NCBI GenBank assembly: GCA_977017645.1
Contig: OZ360238.1
Location: 26,784,001 to 26,848,000 of the forward strand
Reading direction: 5' to 3'
Source of the DNA: Torpedo marmorata
Lineage: Eukaryota
Length of the DNA: 64,000 bases
The translations under genes were made by a program, and so were the position numbers. Under the pieces are notes generated by a model. The model saw only the letters and a list, made by a program, of their open reading frames with translations, was not told the origin of the DNA and made no database searches. Numbering within the stretch: the stretch's first letter is position 1; each line of letters begins with the position of its first letter. Positions 26,011 to 40,000 of this stretch are shown here, one piece after another.

Positions 26011-26399
26011 TTTGTAAAATAAATGTGAAAATAAATAAGCGAGTTAAGCAAGATTCAATTTGCCACTACCATGCAGTGAATGATAGAAAACAAATTGAAA
26101 ACACTCACTGCCATTCTAAGGGATCTGAAGTGTGTTTTATCTTCATGAATGGATAACGTACATTGTATGAGGAAAGTGCAAGGATTCTATTTCCAATGCA
26201 TCTCCCAACAGGTTCCTACTGCAGACACAAGCCACTGAACTTCTCGTCAGTCAAGGATGAGATGGTTTAAGTTTGACTCTGTTAGTTGCAATATATACAC
26301 AGCCTTCCCATCAAACACATTCAAAAGTTACCAAACAGAATGCTTGCAACACTGTTGGATCTGCCGTGGTGCTGAGGTTTTGAGGCAAGTCATCACAAC

Positions 26400-26628
26400 A
26401 TTTTTTTTAAATTTGATTTTTAATTTAGATATACAGTACGGTAACAGGCCATTTCGGCCCACGAGTCCGTGCCGCCCAATTTACACCCCATTAACCTACA
26501 CCCGCGGTATGTTTTGAACAGTGGGAGGAAACCGGAGCCTCCGGTTCCGATCGCTGCCGCTGTAAAGGTGTTGCGCTAACCGCTACGCCAACCGTGCCAC
26601 CCTAAACCGCTACACCAACCATGCCGCA
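26400..26628 (-). mobile_element. HE1-like SINE with internal deletion
   Basis: Similar to 9655-9912; head partly duplicated. Confidence 0.8.
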
Positions 26629-26734
26629 CATGAAAACATATTTCATGATTTTAGAAGAATCGTAATGGATCTATAGAATAGTTTGGCAGCTTTTTCCAAA
26701 TTATTTTTGTAGTTGTAAGATAAAGAATATCTGC

Positions 26735-26920
26735 CACTGTCTGTAAGGTGTTTGTATGTTCTCCCCGTGTCTGCATGGGTTTCCTCCGGGTGCTCCAGTT
26801 TCCTCCCACCTTTCAAAAGGTATGGGCGTTGTAGGTCAAATGGGATATTTGGGCAACATGGACTCGTGGGCCGGTAGGGCCTGTTACCATGCTGACTGTC
26901 TAAATTTAATAAATTAAAAT
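26735..26920 (+). mobile_element. 5'-truncated HE1-like SINE
   Basis: V-domain ttctccccgtgtctgcatgggtttcctccgggtgctccagtttcctcccac. Confidence 0.8.
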
Positions 26921-29900
26921 AAAAATTAATATCAACAGGGAAGATCTCACTGGCGACTCTGAACGGAACTGCTGACACTTTGATATTTCAGTGCATGCAG
27001 AGACCTGCTCTCCTATCAGATGCAGAGGTCCCAGACTTAATGACACATTTGGATGGTTGAATCTGTCAATTCACTGGGTTAGATCTGGCACATTGTCCAA
27101 GGGCCCAAGCTTTTTAATGGTGATTATAGAGATGTGAATTGTAAGGCAAGGGAAAGGAAATGTTAAATTGCTGCTTTAAAACTATTTCTGTTTGTATTTT
27201 TAATTATTTACACATTATTAAGACATGACATAGGAGCAGAAAGAGGCTATTCAGCCCATCAATTCTGCCCTGCCATTCCATCAATTGTTCAGTTCATTTA
27301 CATTTTATTTTAATTTTTTCAAAAGTTGTTAATAATCTATTTAAATTTTGTGGTTTTCTTTTGTCTTTGAGACATTCAAATATTACAAAAAGTAATTCAC
27401 GGCATTCACAGCTGTCAAAGCCAAGAGTGGGCTGGGGCTGGGGGCAGGGCTTTGCCGAGTGACCCAGGTTTGAAAGTTGCTTTGGGTGCTGAGCTGCCTC
27501 CCTGCAGAGCCCGAGGTCCTATCGTTGTTCAGATCATGCCTCCCAAGTCCAAAATGGTTCAAGCCAGCATGATTGGACCAGGTCAGTGAGGACGAATGCA
27601 TCCGTGGGAGGCAATTCAACAGAATCTGGCCCACTGACTTTACAGTAAATATTACACCAGTTATGCTGGCATAAAAAAATTCAGCCCAGAAAACAAAAAC
27701 CATAGCAACTGCTCAAGTCTGTTTTAAATGATTTTTGTCAGATACTTTCTCACTTGCCATCTGCTGACAGAAACATGTAATCCTTTGACCAGTGCAGCTC
27801 TGTATATCGTATTCAATATTGAGAAAATGTCCATCCTAATATTCACGTCCCTTCTCCTATCAAGGTGGTATCAAACTGGTCAATCCTCTTTCGTTCTTCA
27901 TGTATAGTTCTCCACAAAACATATTCATATTAGCAATGAATACAGAATATTCATTTCAATATCTAGTACCACCAGTAAATTGTTGCACAGATTTTCAGCT
28001 TCCAACAAAGCAGCAGGATGCAATATTTAGGCCACATTTAGAACACTGTGTTCAGATCTGCTATTTTGAACCAATAAACATATACATGCAATGAACTCAT
28101 TGAGCAGAGGTAAACATGGAGCAATTTGTGCAATACTGCTGAGAAAAGAAAGAGAGACACAAAGATAAATAAGACATCAAATGCTAACTGGTATGAGGTA
28201 TGAAATGCCATAAATGTAATTTTTAATGAAACGAGGAAAGTCAGGCCAGAGCAAGTGAACAAAGTGAAAGGCAAGTTTAAAATACAAGTGCTCAGAAAAG
28301 CTGTCATTATCAAAGTTAGATAAAACTCAGAATAATGTCTGCGTGCTCAGAAGTGGAAGCAAGTACAATGGCACACTCAAAATGAAGCGACATAATTATA
28401 AAACAAATGCAAAATTACTGCAAAGGATAAACTTTTGTGTCTTGAACAACATTATTATTATTTTAGATATTCAATACTGACACCTCCTCCCCTTCACTGC
28501 AAATTAACATCCTTCCCCTCATTACTTGGCCTTAAACCTATTGGTCTGTGGTGGCATGGGTGATATTACTTCAAGGATACTGTTTATTTGGAAAATGGCT
28601 GAAATCTTTATCAATCCTGTATGATTCCGACGAGGAAATTATTTGCAGGCTTGCTGTGAAAAAAGCTATTGTGAGAGTTTCTGGAAATATTTGGAGTGTA
28701 GTTGCATCATAATAGAAGTTTTGACAAACCCAGATGAATCACAAGCTTTTTCTAACCAAATAAAATGCTATATTGTCCATTTTGTTTATTTCATTGAGGT
28801 GTCAAGTCCTATGTTCCCTTTTTTTTGTCTGCATGTTAGCTTTCATATACCATCCAACCACTTGCCCACCTTTTTTCCCCATATCAGTGTCAACCTGTGC
28901 CCTACAGCAGTTCCTGAACTTTGACTGATATCCAATTCATTGAAGGGCAGATCTGATTTTCTCTCAGCATCTCTGTTCAGCTATACGTCTGAGCGGGAAC
29001 TCTTTAGCAAATAGGAAATGGAACCTGCAGCCGCTGGTGCTCTGCTCAAAAGTGTTATGTTACTCACCAGCTGCACGTCCAAAATTCTGACAAGGCAGTA
29101 ACTCTTTCTTTGACACTTAACCAATCCCAACCCATACACTCTGAAAACAACTGCTTAAATCTATAGCCAATAAGAAGGTTCCAATTGTTCATCATTTCAA
29201 CCTGACGATTGCATTTGCAACTGGAATGGATTTTACCCCAATAATTGCCTTTACACCACACCAGAGAAGCTGATTAGAGGGACAGATCACAATAACACCT
29301 TTTTCCCCCCAAAGCTTTGAAAACAGTTTTCTGGAAAGAAGAAACAGTGGTTTATAAATTAAAATATCACTGTTTGCTTTATTTTGTTTGTGAAATAAAG
29401 CATTCAAATTATAGCCAAGTAGAAAACCAGAGATGTGTTGTTGTTATCCTCAAAAAAAAAAAGACTGGTGATTATCCAAGATAATTTACTTTCAGTAACT
29501 CTGAGAAATTGCTGACCAAGCAGGCAACGCAAACGTGAAAATGCAGCAAAAATAATATTCTGAATATCCACAGAACACAAAGACCAGCACAGGTCAAGCT
29601 AATACTTCACTAAAGTTAGGTATGTTTTATCTTTTTCCTCTTCAAAACCACAGCTGCCTTAATATACTGAACATAATGTCGGCCTATTTTGCTCTGGAGT
29701 TCGAGTCAACAGAATTTACCAAAGGCAGCTAGCAGACACTTGCGAGACTGACATTTGCACTTTCTGAACTCCTTCCCTAACCCTTCCTTTCAGAAAACTG
29801 CTTTGGCTTCCAATGAAAAACTACTTTTCATTATGTTAAATAGATGCTAACCCTGTCCTCAGGAGAGAGAAAAAAAGGACCGTTGCAGATGTTTAAAGCA

Positions 29901-32900
29901 CTCTCAGCCCATCCTCAGTAGAACAATTACATCAATTTGCATTCCAGTTGAAGCTGGATTAGTAGTGGAATGTCTTTTCCAACTCTGTGCGGGTGAAAAA
30001 AAAGGGGGAGGATGCGTTACTGGTGAAAGAGCTTATCTTTTTCTACTTCATTCCTAAATCTGAGATGCTATACTTTCATGAAACAAATGCCTATTGGAAA
30101 CAATTTTCCAGTGCACTAAAGTTAAAAGAAAAAAACATTTCTAAAAAAGCTAATAGGACCTCAGGATCATGGTACTTTACCAAAAGGAGTGACTCCTGTT
30201 GCTTTGATCCTTCCTGTTGCTACAGAAACACAGTCCGCTCCTTTTTTTACTTAATCAAAACCAAATTATTTAGGAATGCAGCAAGACAGGTTGGAGTCTC
30301 GGACTTCCTTTGTCTTCACAGATTTGGAAGTTTTAGAGAATAAAAGAACAAAAACGAAACAAAGATTTTAACCTGGTCATGAAATGACAAAAAAAGGACT
30401 GCAAACGTATTTGTTACATTTAACCATCTGACAGTACAAATAACGTACATCTAGAAACAAAGAAGTCGGACTTAACAGTTATGCATCAGTATTTAAATTG
30501 TACCCCAATGTATGCCCTCCAGAGTAAAGGCCACATTGCCTTAAATCAAACTTCAATTTCTAATAACAGTTGTTTCTGAAAGTTCAACGTATTCAAATTC
30601 CACAATAGCTGCCCTGAACAAATCTGACTTGTTAAAAATAAAATCAAACTTGATAGTTTTCTAATCCATCAGAAGTACTATGTCACAGCAAGCATCACTG
30701 GCAGGTCAAATTAAAGCAGACAAGGAAGGAACATTTGATGCTGGAATTCTACGAGGTCCAACTTATTTGCCTTGCTTTCTATTTAACTGCCAGGAAATAT
30801 TAGAGGAATTGAAGCAGTTACAGGTTTTCAATTTTTCACACCTGAGAGTCAGGAATGTCCCCCAGGATGGCAAGGAGAAAGGGTGGGTTGTGGACGCGAG
30901 GTTCTGGTATCTGAAGCTCCTTGAATTGATACACCCATACAACTTCTAATCTGTTCCTTGGACAACTGAAGGAATAGAAATCCTAACACAAGAAATCCTG
31001 CTGGTTACCAGCAATGCTTTGAGCCAAGATCTATTGTTATGTTGTAAATACGCCAAATTTATCATGTTTTAGGAGCTGATTGATTTTCTTGTGGACAAGA
31101 CAATTCAGGAAAAGTTCCAGTGTAAATACTTGAACAAAACTAGCATTTTGTGCAGGTCCTCTTTCTGTATCTTTCGACAACTTTTGACAGCAGCTTGACT
31201 TCTTACACCTCAATTCATTCTTGTTGTGTTCATTAAGGACAAAGGAACTGGTTGAAACAGAAATGATTACCATGCGTACAACAGCCACACTACCTCCATA
31301 CATGCTCCCACTTCATTTTTGCAAGACAAAGGTCTATTCATAAATCAATCTAAAATATTATTTAAAAGACCCATAACAAAACTAAATTTAAGAAAAAGGA
31401 TGTCAAAGCTGATATCAGTATGCCAGCTTTCTTTAACTAAAGCAGTGCATTAAAATCAACAATTTCCTGTTCTTCAAAGCTCAATAAGAAAGTGACATTG
31501 CCTACTGTTTAAAGAAATAATTTCAAGAATTTCACACCTTACTTTTGCAGGAGTTACGAAGATCTGCACATGCAATATGATGGTTTCTAGATCACACTTG
31601 CTCATGGGTCTTAACTGGTTAATTCAATATATTCAGAAAATAATGCACGACTTTCGGGTCAGATTGGTGCTTGCATTCAAGTTAGATTGTTAACACTAGT
31701 AACTGCAAACTTGATTTCAAACAAATGAATGCAACTCACTGTGGAGAAACCACCGAAGAGACAGTCACATTGATGGGCAGCACGTTACATTTTACTGCAA
31801 GATTTTCTTCCTGACGATAAGGCAGTGGAGCACAAACCAAAATAAAGCAGAGGCTTTTTCAGTTAGTCACCCCTTAAGATTTTCTTTAGCAGTTACAATG
31901 TATTAATGAGATGTACGAACAGTTGCCATGAAGGTGCGCTGTCTGCATATTTCATATCACAAAGCATCAGCTGGACAAAGCGTCTCAGAAAGACTTTGTA
32001 TAAATGCCGTACTCTGGTGACTCCTGGAGATTCCTCAGGTTATTTTATTTCTATGCAACATGCAGACCTGCAACAAGATTGGGAGCAGCAGTGACTTAGA
32101 AGGATAGTGAATGAGGTAACAGACATGCGTGTGAACAGACTATCTGAGTAGGTGTGATATGGACAACCTGAGAGGACAGCTAGCAAATGGTATCGATGAG
32201 TGCATAACATGAGAGAGCACCAGAAGCCAGACACATAGAATTAAAGGCAGGAAGAGGGATAGGTGCATGCTGAACACAGGAGGGAAGGTGTAAATGGGAC
32301 CCACAGTGACAGGGTGCCCTGTGGATACTAGTGCTGTCCCAGCATGGTTTGCATTAGATTGAATTCCATCAATTTGAACATTCAAATCATGTCATAAATT
32401 AGAAGCATTTTATATACACCCTCTACGCAAAGTGTACATGAACAAAGAGAAGATTCAGCAACACAACATCACATTATTTTCTTAATTCTCTCCTTTAATG
32501 CACTTCCTCAATCCACCCTACAACCCCCCCTCTCCCCCAAACAGCTCAAACCTCACAGATGGAACACACAGGAAAAATAAGTATTTTGTGCTTTGCCATA
32601 TTTTCTCAGCTGTGTAGTCTGGTCCCATTATGGAGGACAAATATTTTCTGGCGTGTAGAATTCAATGAAATTGTCAGGGCTGCTCTGCAACTGATGGGGC
32701 CAATTCAAAAATTGGGCCTCAGTGTTTCTTAAACATGGAATATTTATTGGTGCAGTAAGGATTGATGTTACTGAAGCACAAGAACATTCTGGAGCAGAAG
32801 GATTTGATCCTGAGAAAGAGGATGGAACTTCATGTTATCATCAAAACTTTATCTTGTCAAATGTCATTTTTAGTAATAACAAAGGGTATTCAACATACTC

Positions 32901-33480
32901 TGGAATGTCCCTTTCCATCAACAAGTAGAAGACACAGAGAAAGTAAAAACTAATGCAAGCAAATTGTGTACTTCTAATTCTTACTTCCATCCGCAAATGT
33001 ACAAAATAAAGTTATGACGTGACTTTATTTTGGTCATACAAGACCAAAACACCTGTACCAAGCAGAAGTTGTTCCACTTTCTCACAAGAGATGGTCAACT
33101 GGAGGCATGAATGGAATTGATCAGGGTTCACCCATGCACAGGCAATGAAAGGGGGATCCACATCTGCAGAATTCATGCCCCTCTGTTCATGATATTGTTG
33201 GATATTTATGTATTATTAAATACCTTTCATCATTTCAGCTGGATTGCCATGTTAAAAGCCTCCCAACAGTGAGAGGTGGCTGTGGTATCAATGATAATGG
33301 CCTACTGGTGGTAGAAACTCAAGTCAGCAATGGGCAGCTTATGGAGGGGACAAACATGAACTTTGCTGTGATATAATCAAAGTCTCACCTATAACCATGC
33401 CACTTACAAGCTGGACTTTATTTCTCTACACAACTTTGCAGCAGGAGCAAACCACAGCAAACTCTTTCAGGAAGTCAAGC

Positions 33481-34040
33481 CACTGCCGTGACTAACGGGG
33501 TGCGGGGGGTGCGGACCGCACCGGGTGGCACCATCAGAGGGAGGTGACACCAAAATGACTGTCTATAAAATTTTTGTGCAGTGTTTCAGCAGAAATTTAT
33601 TATTTTTTATAAAAATATCCCTATAGTTAGTTATAACAACAAAAACATTTTTCGTAAACCCAGTTTACATGTATCAATATACCTACAAGGCTAAAACTCT
33701 ATGCTAATTTACTTTTTGAACCTTCTAATGCGCTCCGCTCAGAGCTGTCATTATTACCCAGTTAGACGAATCACGTGGTTTTGTCTGCACGCGCTACAAG
33801 CACGCGCTGTTGTTTTTGTTGCTGCTGTGTGTGTGATATTGCAATGTAAAGGTGTAATTTTGCTAGTTGTTTATCTCACTACTATTGCCTTTACATTCAG
33901 TGAAATACGGGAATTATGAACATTAGTACAAAAAATATTACTAAGGATTCTGTATGGTCTGGTACGGGAGGAGGTCCATGGTGGGGGGGTTGACACCATG
34001 AGTTACCGCACTGGGTGACACCAACTGAGTCAAGCCACTG
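33481..34040. mobile_element. Non-autonomous hAT-like element
   Basis: GC-rich ends with repeated ggtgacacca motifs; direct repeat agtcaagccactg at 33473-33485 and 34028-34040. Confidence 0.6.
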
Positions 34041-37000
34041 TCAATCAGAAATTTCACGAGCTATGCTCCAGTTTTTAAAATTCTGATGGGTTTCTCTGGA
34101 GACCCAAGAGGAAGAAATACTATTAAAACAAACATTAATTTATTCAAAATCTGCCAGCAAAAATAACATCAGTTTTCAGATACATTCTTGACAAATTGAA
34201 ACACAAGGTGATATAAACTGAGAAGTCGAAAAGTTATGTTATTGTGTACTTAGATGGGAAAATGCAGATAAATGCACACACACAAATGAACGGATATATG
34301 AACAGACTATGTATATTGGAGTAATAGCCTTCAACTGTGTAAACTATCCAATTTCAGTGAAAATTGAAAGTGACCTTGATTAGGTTCAGAAACATGCCCA
34401 AAACTCAGGGGGGTGGGGGAACAGCATTCAGTAGACATCCCTGCTTATTCCTTCATGGTCCAAAATCAAAAACAAAGCAAATAAGAACAGAAAATGCTGG
34501 AAATATTCCGCAGGTCCGTTAACATCTGTGGAGTGGCAAAGAATGTTTACGTTTCAGATCATGACCTTTGGTGCTTCAAATCTCGATGATGTTTTACAAC
34601 ATAATCAGACACAAGTTGAAGGAATCCTCTGGCTAACCATACTTGAAACTCTAAGAAAGGAAAAAAAAGAAAATGCAGTTCCACTTAAGAGAAGTGCACA
34701 TTTATAAGCTGGGTTCCACGCACATTGCAGCCCACTTCTCCAAACTAAAAAGGGGAAAAATATACCAGTACCTTAATCTCTGAGCAGAAGCAACAACACT
34801 GTTCAACCATTGCTTGTTCACAGCTGGTTACTTTGGAGCTTGACACTATTGTGGAAGCATGTCTGTCTAAATCCTGCCAAACACTCTAGACTGCTTCTTT
34901 TAGAGAGGAGAACATAAACACCACACATTCTTATTTTAAGACAAGGATCCCAGGACCTCACTAGTTTGTTATTCCCGTGTGTAAAGTTCCCCAACAGCTA
35001 GAGCTTCTAATCATTCCCAAATCTATCTTATTCTGACTTTTCTCACACCCACATGGGTAACTTGAAGGATTTTTCATCTAATTCCCAAAATGTTTAGAGT
35101 TGAACTCTTTCACGTAAAATAACCCATTTTAAAATAGAGGCAGCCAAAAAACCTATTAAAGCACGATTTAAATTTATACGCTGGGTATCACAGAGTGCTA
35201 AGATTTTAAAATATGTGAATAAACATCATCCAGGACCAGGAATAGTCACAGGGTGTGGGAGTAACTAACCCTTCTTGTATCTGAGGTACAAATATGCTCA
35301 GCTCACTAACTTGGCAGCCTAACAATAGCTTAATGTAATTAAACCAGCGAGCAGCATTTGCATATAAATGCATGCACAAATCACTGTAAAACAAGCCACA
35401 GCAAGTCACTTCATTAGCATACGCAAAAGCACCCCGTACAGCTCTGTAGGTAGGTCAGAGCATCGCCCAGTTTGACCAAGTGAGCCGAAAGCTTCATGCA
35501 GGGTCAAAGCTCCATCTGTCAGGAACTTAAAACACAAATATTAATGTTCTACCTGGTACTGGCGCCGGCCACAATTGACTCTTAGAGGTGAAAACGAGCT
35601 TTTATTTTCTCTCCAATCAAGTAAAATCAAAATAAAAGCAGGCAAACCTTAGGCCAACATGCCAAGCAGAAATGCCCCATTGAACTCCAGTGGCTGTTTG
35701 TAAGTTTATTGGTGTCGCAGATAAACCCCACCACCCAACTGCAAACTGCAGAAAGCCCTCTCAATATTTTAATTTTAAACCTTAAATTATTGTTTTCAGT
35801 CACTAATGGACCTTTTTCAAAAGGCAAACTACTTTGGTGGTTTATTCATGCCTATTCCACACCGACACGAAGATAAAATTAATCTTTATTTTGCATTGGG
35901 AGGTACTGCTAAATGGCCCTCAAAGTACTGAACAAAAATTGACATTAAGAGATTAAGCAGAACTGTAACTAAGGGCTACAAATTAATTTAGCAAAGCACA
36001 TTCTTTTCAATGAGGTTACTTGAAAGAGGCCTGGGGAAAGTAGCAGTTGAGTACACCAATTTTAATTAAATGCACGCTTGCATCCATAATTTTCCCCAAA
36101 CAGCCAGATTCCTATCTTGCGTGAGAAGCAGAGAAAGGGGAATTTACTTTCTCCTTCAGATGAAGTTGGGGAACAAGCCACCTCGTGTACCAACTGATCA
36201 CAAAACAGGAATGCCAAAGGCCTCTGAACAGGCTAGTTGCCTACAACGTGAACAATTGGTTCATTCTATTTATATGGACATAAAGTGAAGTAGAGCTAAA
36301 AGCAACTATTACATGTTTGGAATGATATATTTTACAATGATATTTCTTCTATCTGGTGCATTTACTGGTACACATTTCATCTTTCTCATTCATCAACGTC
36401 TTTTTTCTCATTAGTAAAATTTGTTTCTCTTCTAACTAGTTACCAAATCACTTTCCCCATTTTGAATTTTATCCCAAATTGCAAAGGACAGCCACCCAGA
36501 GACGGCTATCCAATCAGTCAACCAGTATAGATCCTACCATATCAATGCCTTCCTACTCCACATTACGAATAGAGGAATAAAACTAATCACAAACTCAACC
36601 ATATTCACAAAGGGTCCATTCGCTCCCCAAACATTCTGGCAATAAATTTGCTCCATTCCCACCCAGCCAATGGAATCCATGCATGAGGAAGCATGATATA
36701 AATATGCAAAACAAATCGAAAAGGTACAAACTCCAAGCACCCACTATATTACCAAAACTACAATGCCTGCACTAAGAAGCAATCAGGTGATGTAAGAAAG
36801 GGACAGAACAGTTCCAATCCTGGGTTAATGGTGCAAAATTCACCAATTTTCCTTGAAGCAAATAAAAAGGTTCAACTTGGACATACAAATTCCAACTCAT
36901 CTAAATTAAAATGGAAATACACTGCACAAAATGTTTAAATTGACCAGTAATTTCTATGCCATAAAAAAACACAGGTATGCAATGCTATTTTATATCCGGA

Positions 37001-40000
37001 TGAACTGCACCTTCTTTAAGTTACACTCTCTTTATAATTCCATACACCACAGTTAGCTTTTTACTTTATCGGTGATGGAGCACAGAAAGAAAGAAGGAGA
37101 AATGGAAAAGGGAGGAAGAGAAGAGAGCAAAAAGATTACAAGAGCCAAGTTTATCACTTCTGAGTTTGATAAAGCCTTTACCCACTTCATAACTTTGTGA
37201 AAATAACTGCACCTTTATTGGTTGAAGCAGGATGATAGAAACCAAGGCAACATTTCAAGTTTTATAGGTGCTCAAGGGCACAATGCTCTGACAGATAGCT
37301 CCCTGATTATCTACCCATCATAACCATGTGAAAGCCAGACAGTAGGTCAAATAATTTTGCATGTGGTCATTGCGAAGATGGACGTACTCTGCTGATCTTT
37401 TACCCTTCTTTTCTAATGCATGGATATTAAAATTGTTTCAATATTTAATGGGAAATCCAACATTGTGAGCATTGTGAGCTGTCACTAATTTTTTATGCAG
37501 ATACGGTGTATTTATATATTTTTTATGAATCCAGAAAGATTTTTAAACATGCTATCCAGAATAGATTAGCTGAATCTCTGCAATCTCAACTAAAACAGTG
37601 CCAATACAAAGACAATGCTACCAGTGAGCTACAGTTCAGCATTAATAGCCCATCACATTGTTTCCAGAGATTAAGAATACAAATTGAAAGTGTCACTTAA
37701 AACAACATCAGTGGTTTGTGACTATGGATTTCAATTCTCAATACGTCACTGTTAATTTGCAGGAGTGTTGGGAATATCACTGTGGCATATGCCAGTCCAC
37801 TTCAAGCACTCATCAAATTTTATGCATTAGCATTTTATTATTTATTTTACAAACTGAAGTGTGAGGGAAGATTGAAGTTGCATCATTGTACATTTCACTT
37901 ATGTTTCTTCGCCCCTATTTCTCCAGGGTGTTTTTTTTAAAAAACTCCTCTACTCTTTTCCATCTGGAATCCTGCACTGCATCACATACAGCAGCAAAAG
38001 ATTAAAAATCCTGTTAGAATAGGTGCCACCAATGACAGGGAGCAAAAACCGGGCAAGAACAGCCTACGTTGATTAGTGTTTGTTTCTCCCTCTCTGTGAA
38101 ATGAACATCCATTCGGTGTCTCACCGTAATAGATCATATACAGATTTCTCCAAAAGGAGAAACACGGGGATCAACGGACTACTGTCCCACTTAAGCAGCA
38201 ATGCAATGGGCCACCATCCAATCCCTTATCTGAGCCATTTTCCATTCTTGGCCATTAAAGAAAAGGGGGAAGTTTGTCGGTACCTACTCTCGTTTAAGGC
38301 CTTTGAATGCATGATTGTGCCCGAGTTCAAAGCCTGTGTTTTAAGCAAGGGGAAGTGAAAATAGGAATAAGGAAGTATAATTAAAATGAAGAGAAAAAAA
38401 AGGAGCCTATAATAATGCTGCAAATTAGCCACATGAATACTACAGCCACTTTAAACACTGAATTCAAAAAATAAAATCCAGAACATGTGGTGATATGCTG
38501 GTCTGAAACTGCAGAGGCCCTTTTAGACTGTGGTACAGAGACTTGAGCATTTTCTGGAAAAAAATAGAATCTTAGGAAAGTTGATTTGTTTCGTTCCCTG
38601 AAGTTTTTCCCACAGTATCTACAACTAAACTGACACTTAAGTCATCTTTGTAGTTGTTAAATAGAAACCTGTTTGGATATTCAGAAAACCATGATAAAAA
38701 TACACAAGAGTTATTGGAGAGACCTACTACCCAATTGCACCCAATTCCCCAAAGTTCCAATTCTTAGAAAACCATCACAACAGCTACATTTAGCATTGCA
38801 TAAAATATAATAAAAATATCTTGCAAACAAAATATACACCATCCCCAAAGTGTCAGGTACTTGTCTAGTCTCTACATGGCAGTTACATTTTAAAAATGCA
38901 AATCTGGCTGATAATGAGCCTTGTCTGAACTGGCTTCAGTTCTCTCCCAGTACCAAGTTTGTTTTAGGTGTACACACATAGCTCAAAACCTGTTTGGCAT
39001 AGTTTTGTGCCCCCATAGTAGCTCAGTTACTCAAATGGTGGATATCTTAGCAGAAAGTCTACACTAGGCTCAAACTAAAGGCTGCTTCAGTCTATGTTTG
39101 TTCCCACCATTCCTAGCTACACCACACATTCTTTCCCGGGACATTTCAAGTAAAAATGGACTGCAGACCAAGCTTCAGTAATTTCAGCACTTTATCTTCT
39201 ACTGTCTAGTTTATCTTCTACTGTCTAGTTTCTGTTTAGCTCCTTAGTAACTGACACGGAAAAGAGGCAATCAGTGACTTCACTCATCAACAAAGGATTA
39301 GTACTGCACTGCTTACCTTATTCCCAGCATACTGAGTATCATAATGTTGAACTATTTCCATTGATTCCGTTTGTCAAAATATTCATTAGTTATTTATTGC
39401 ATAGTCGTGTATTCCCTTCCACAGAAAGGGAAATGGAAGAAAAAGAGTTTTTTTTTCTATTTACAACTACATTGTTTTGAGGAAAATTTATATTTGATAA
39501 ATGGAAGGAAAGGCTAAACACAAAACATAATTCCATGTCCCCTACAGCAGAGACCATAGCTTCGATACCAAACTCAATTATTGTACTCTGCTTCGAAGCT
39601 TATGCAAATTTAGACAAACATACATAATGTGCCAGTGTACATTTCATTCAAAGTCCCGTGTTAAACAATGTTCAAGCGAAGGTTAATCTGAATCATTCTG
39701 CCTTGCTGCTCAAATCTGCTTGCCGTGCAAAGCCTGACATCTACAGTTCTGTCTGGCATCGTCAAGGGCTGCATCCCACACAGCCATTCAGCAAGCCTTC
39801 CCTTTATAGGACAGGTACCTGAAAGCAGACATGGCCTTTTATTCCTGGCTTCAGCAGAATATTTTAGCTCTCTAGTCAATCAATCAGCCAACCAACCAGC
39901 AGAGGACAACTTGCTTTCTGGACAATTGTCTAGATTGAATGGGATTTGGTCAAGGAAGCACAAATAATCAGCAATTCTAATCAATAGGAGGGCCTCTTCT

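Noticed and set aside
26400-26920. Inverted SINE pair as a novel element
   Set aside because: Two independent HE1-like copies of different subtypes with no shared TSD
30680-31303. Possible coding exons in unique sequence
   Set aside because: No frame inspected gave a recognisable protein bounded by convincing splice sites
39191-39229. 19-bp tandem duplication tttatcttctactgtctag
   Set aside because: Ordinary two-copy slippage duplication
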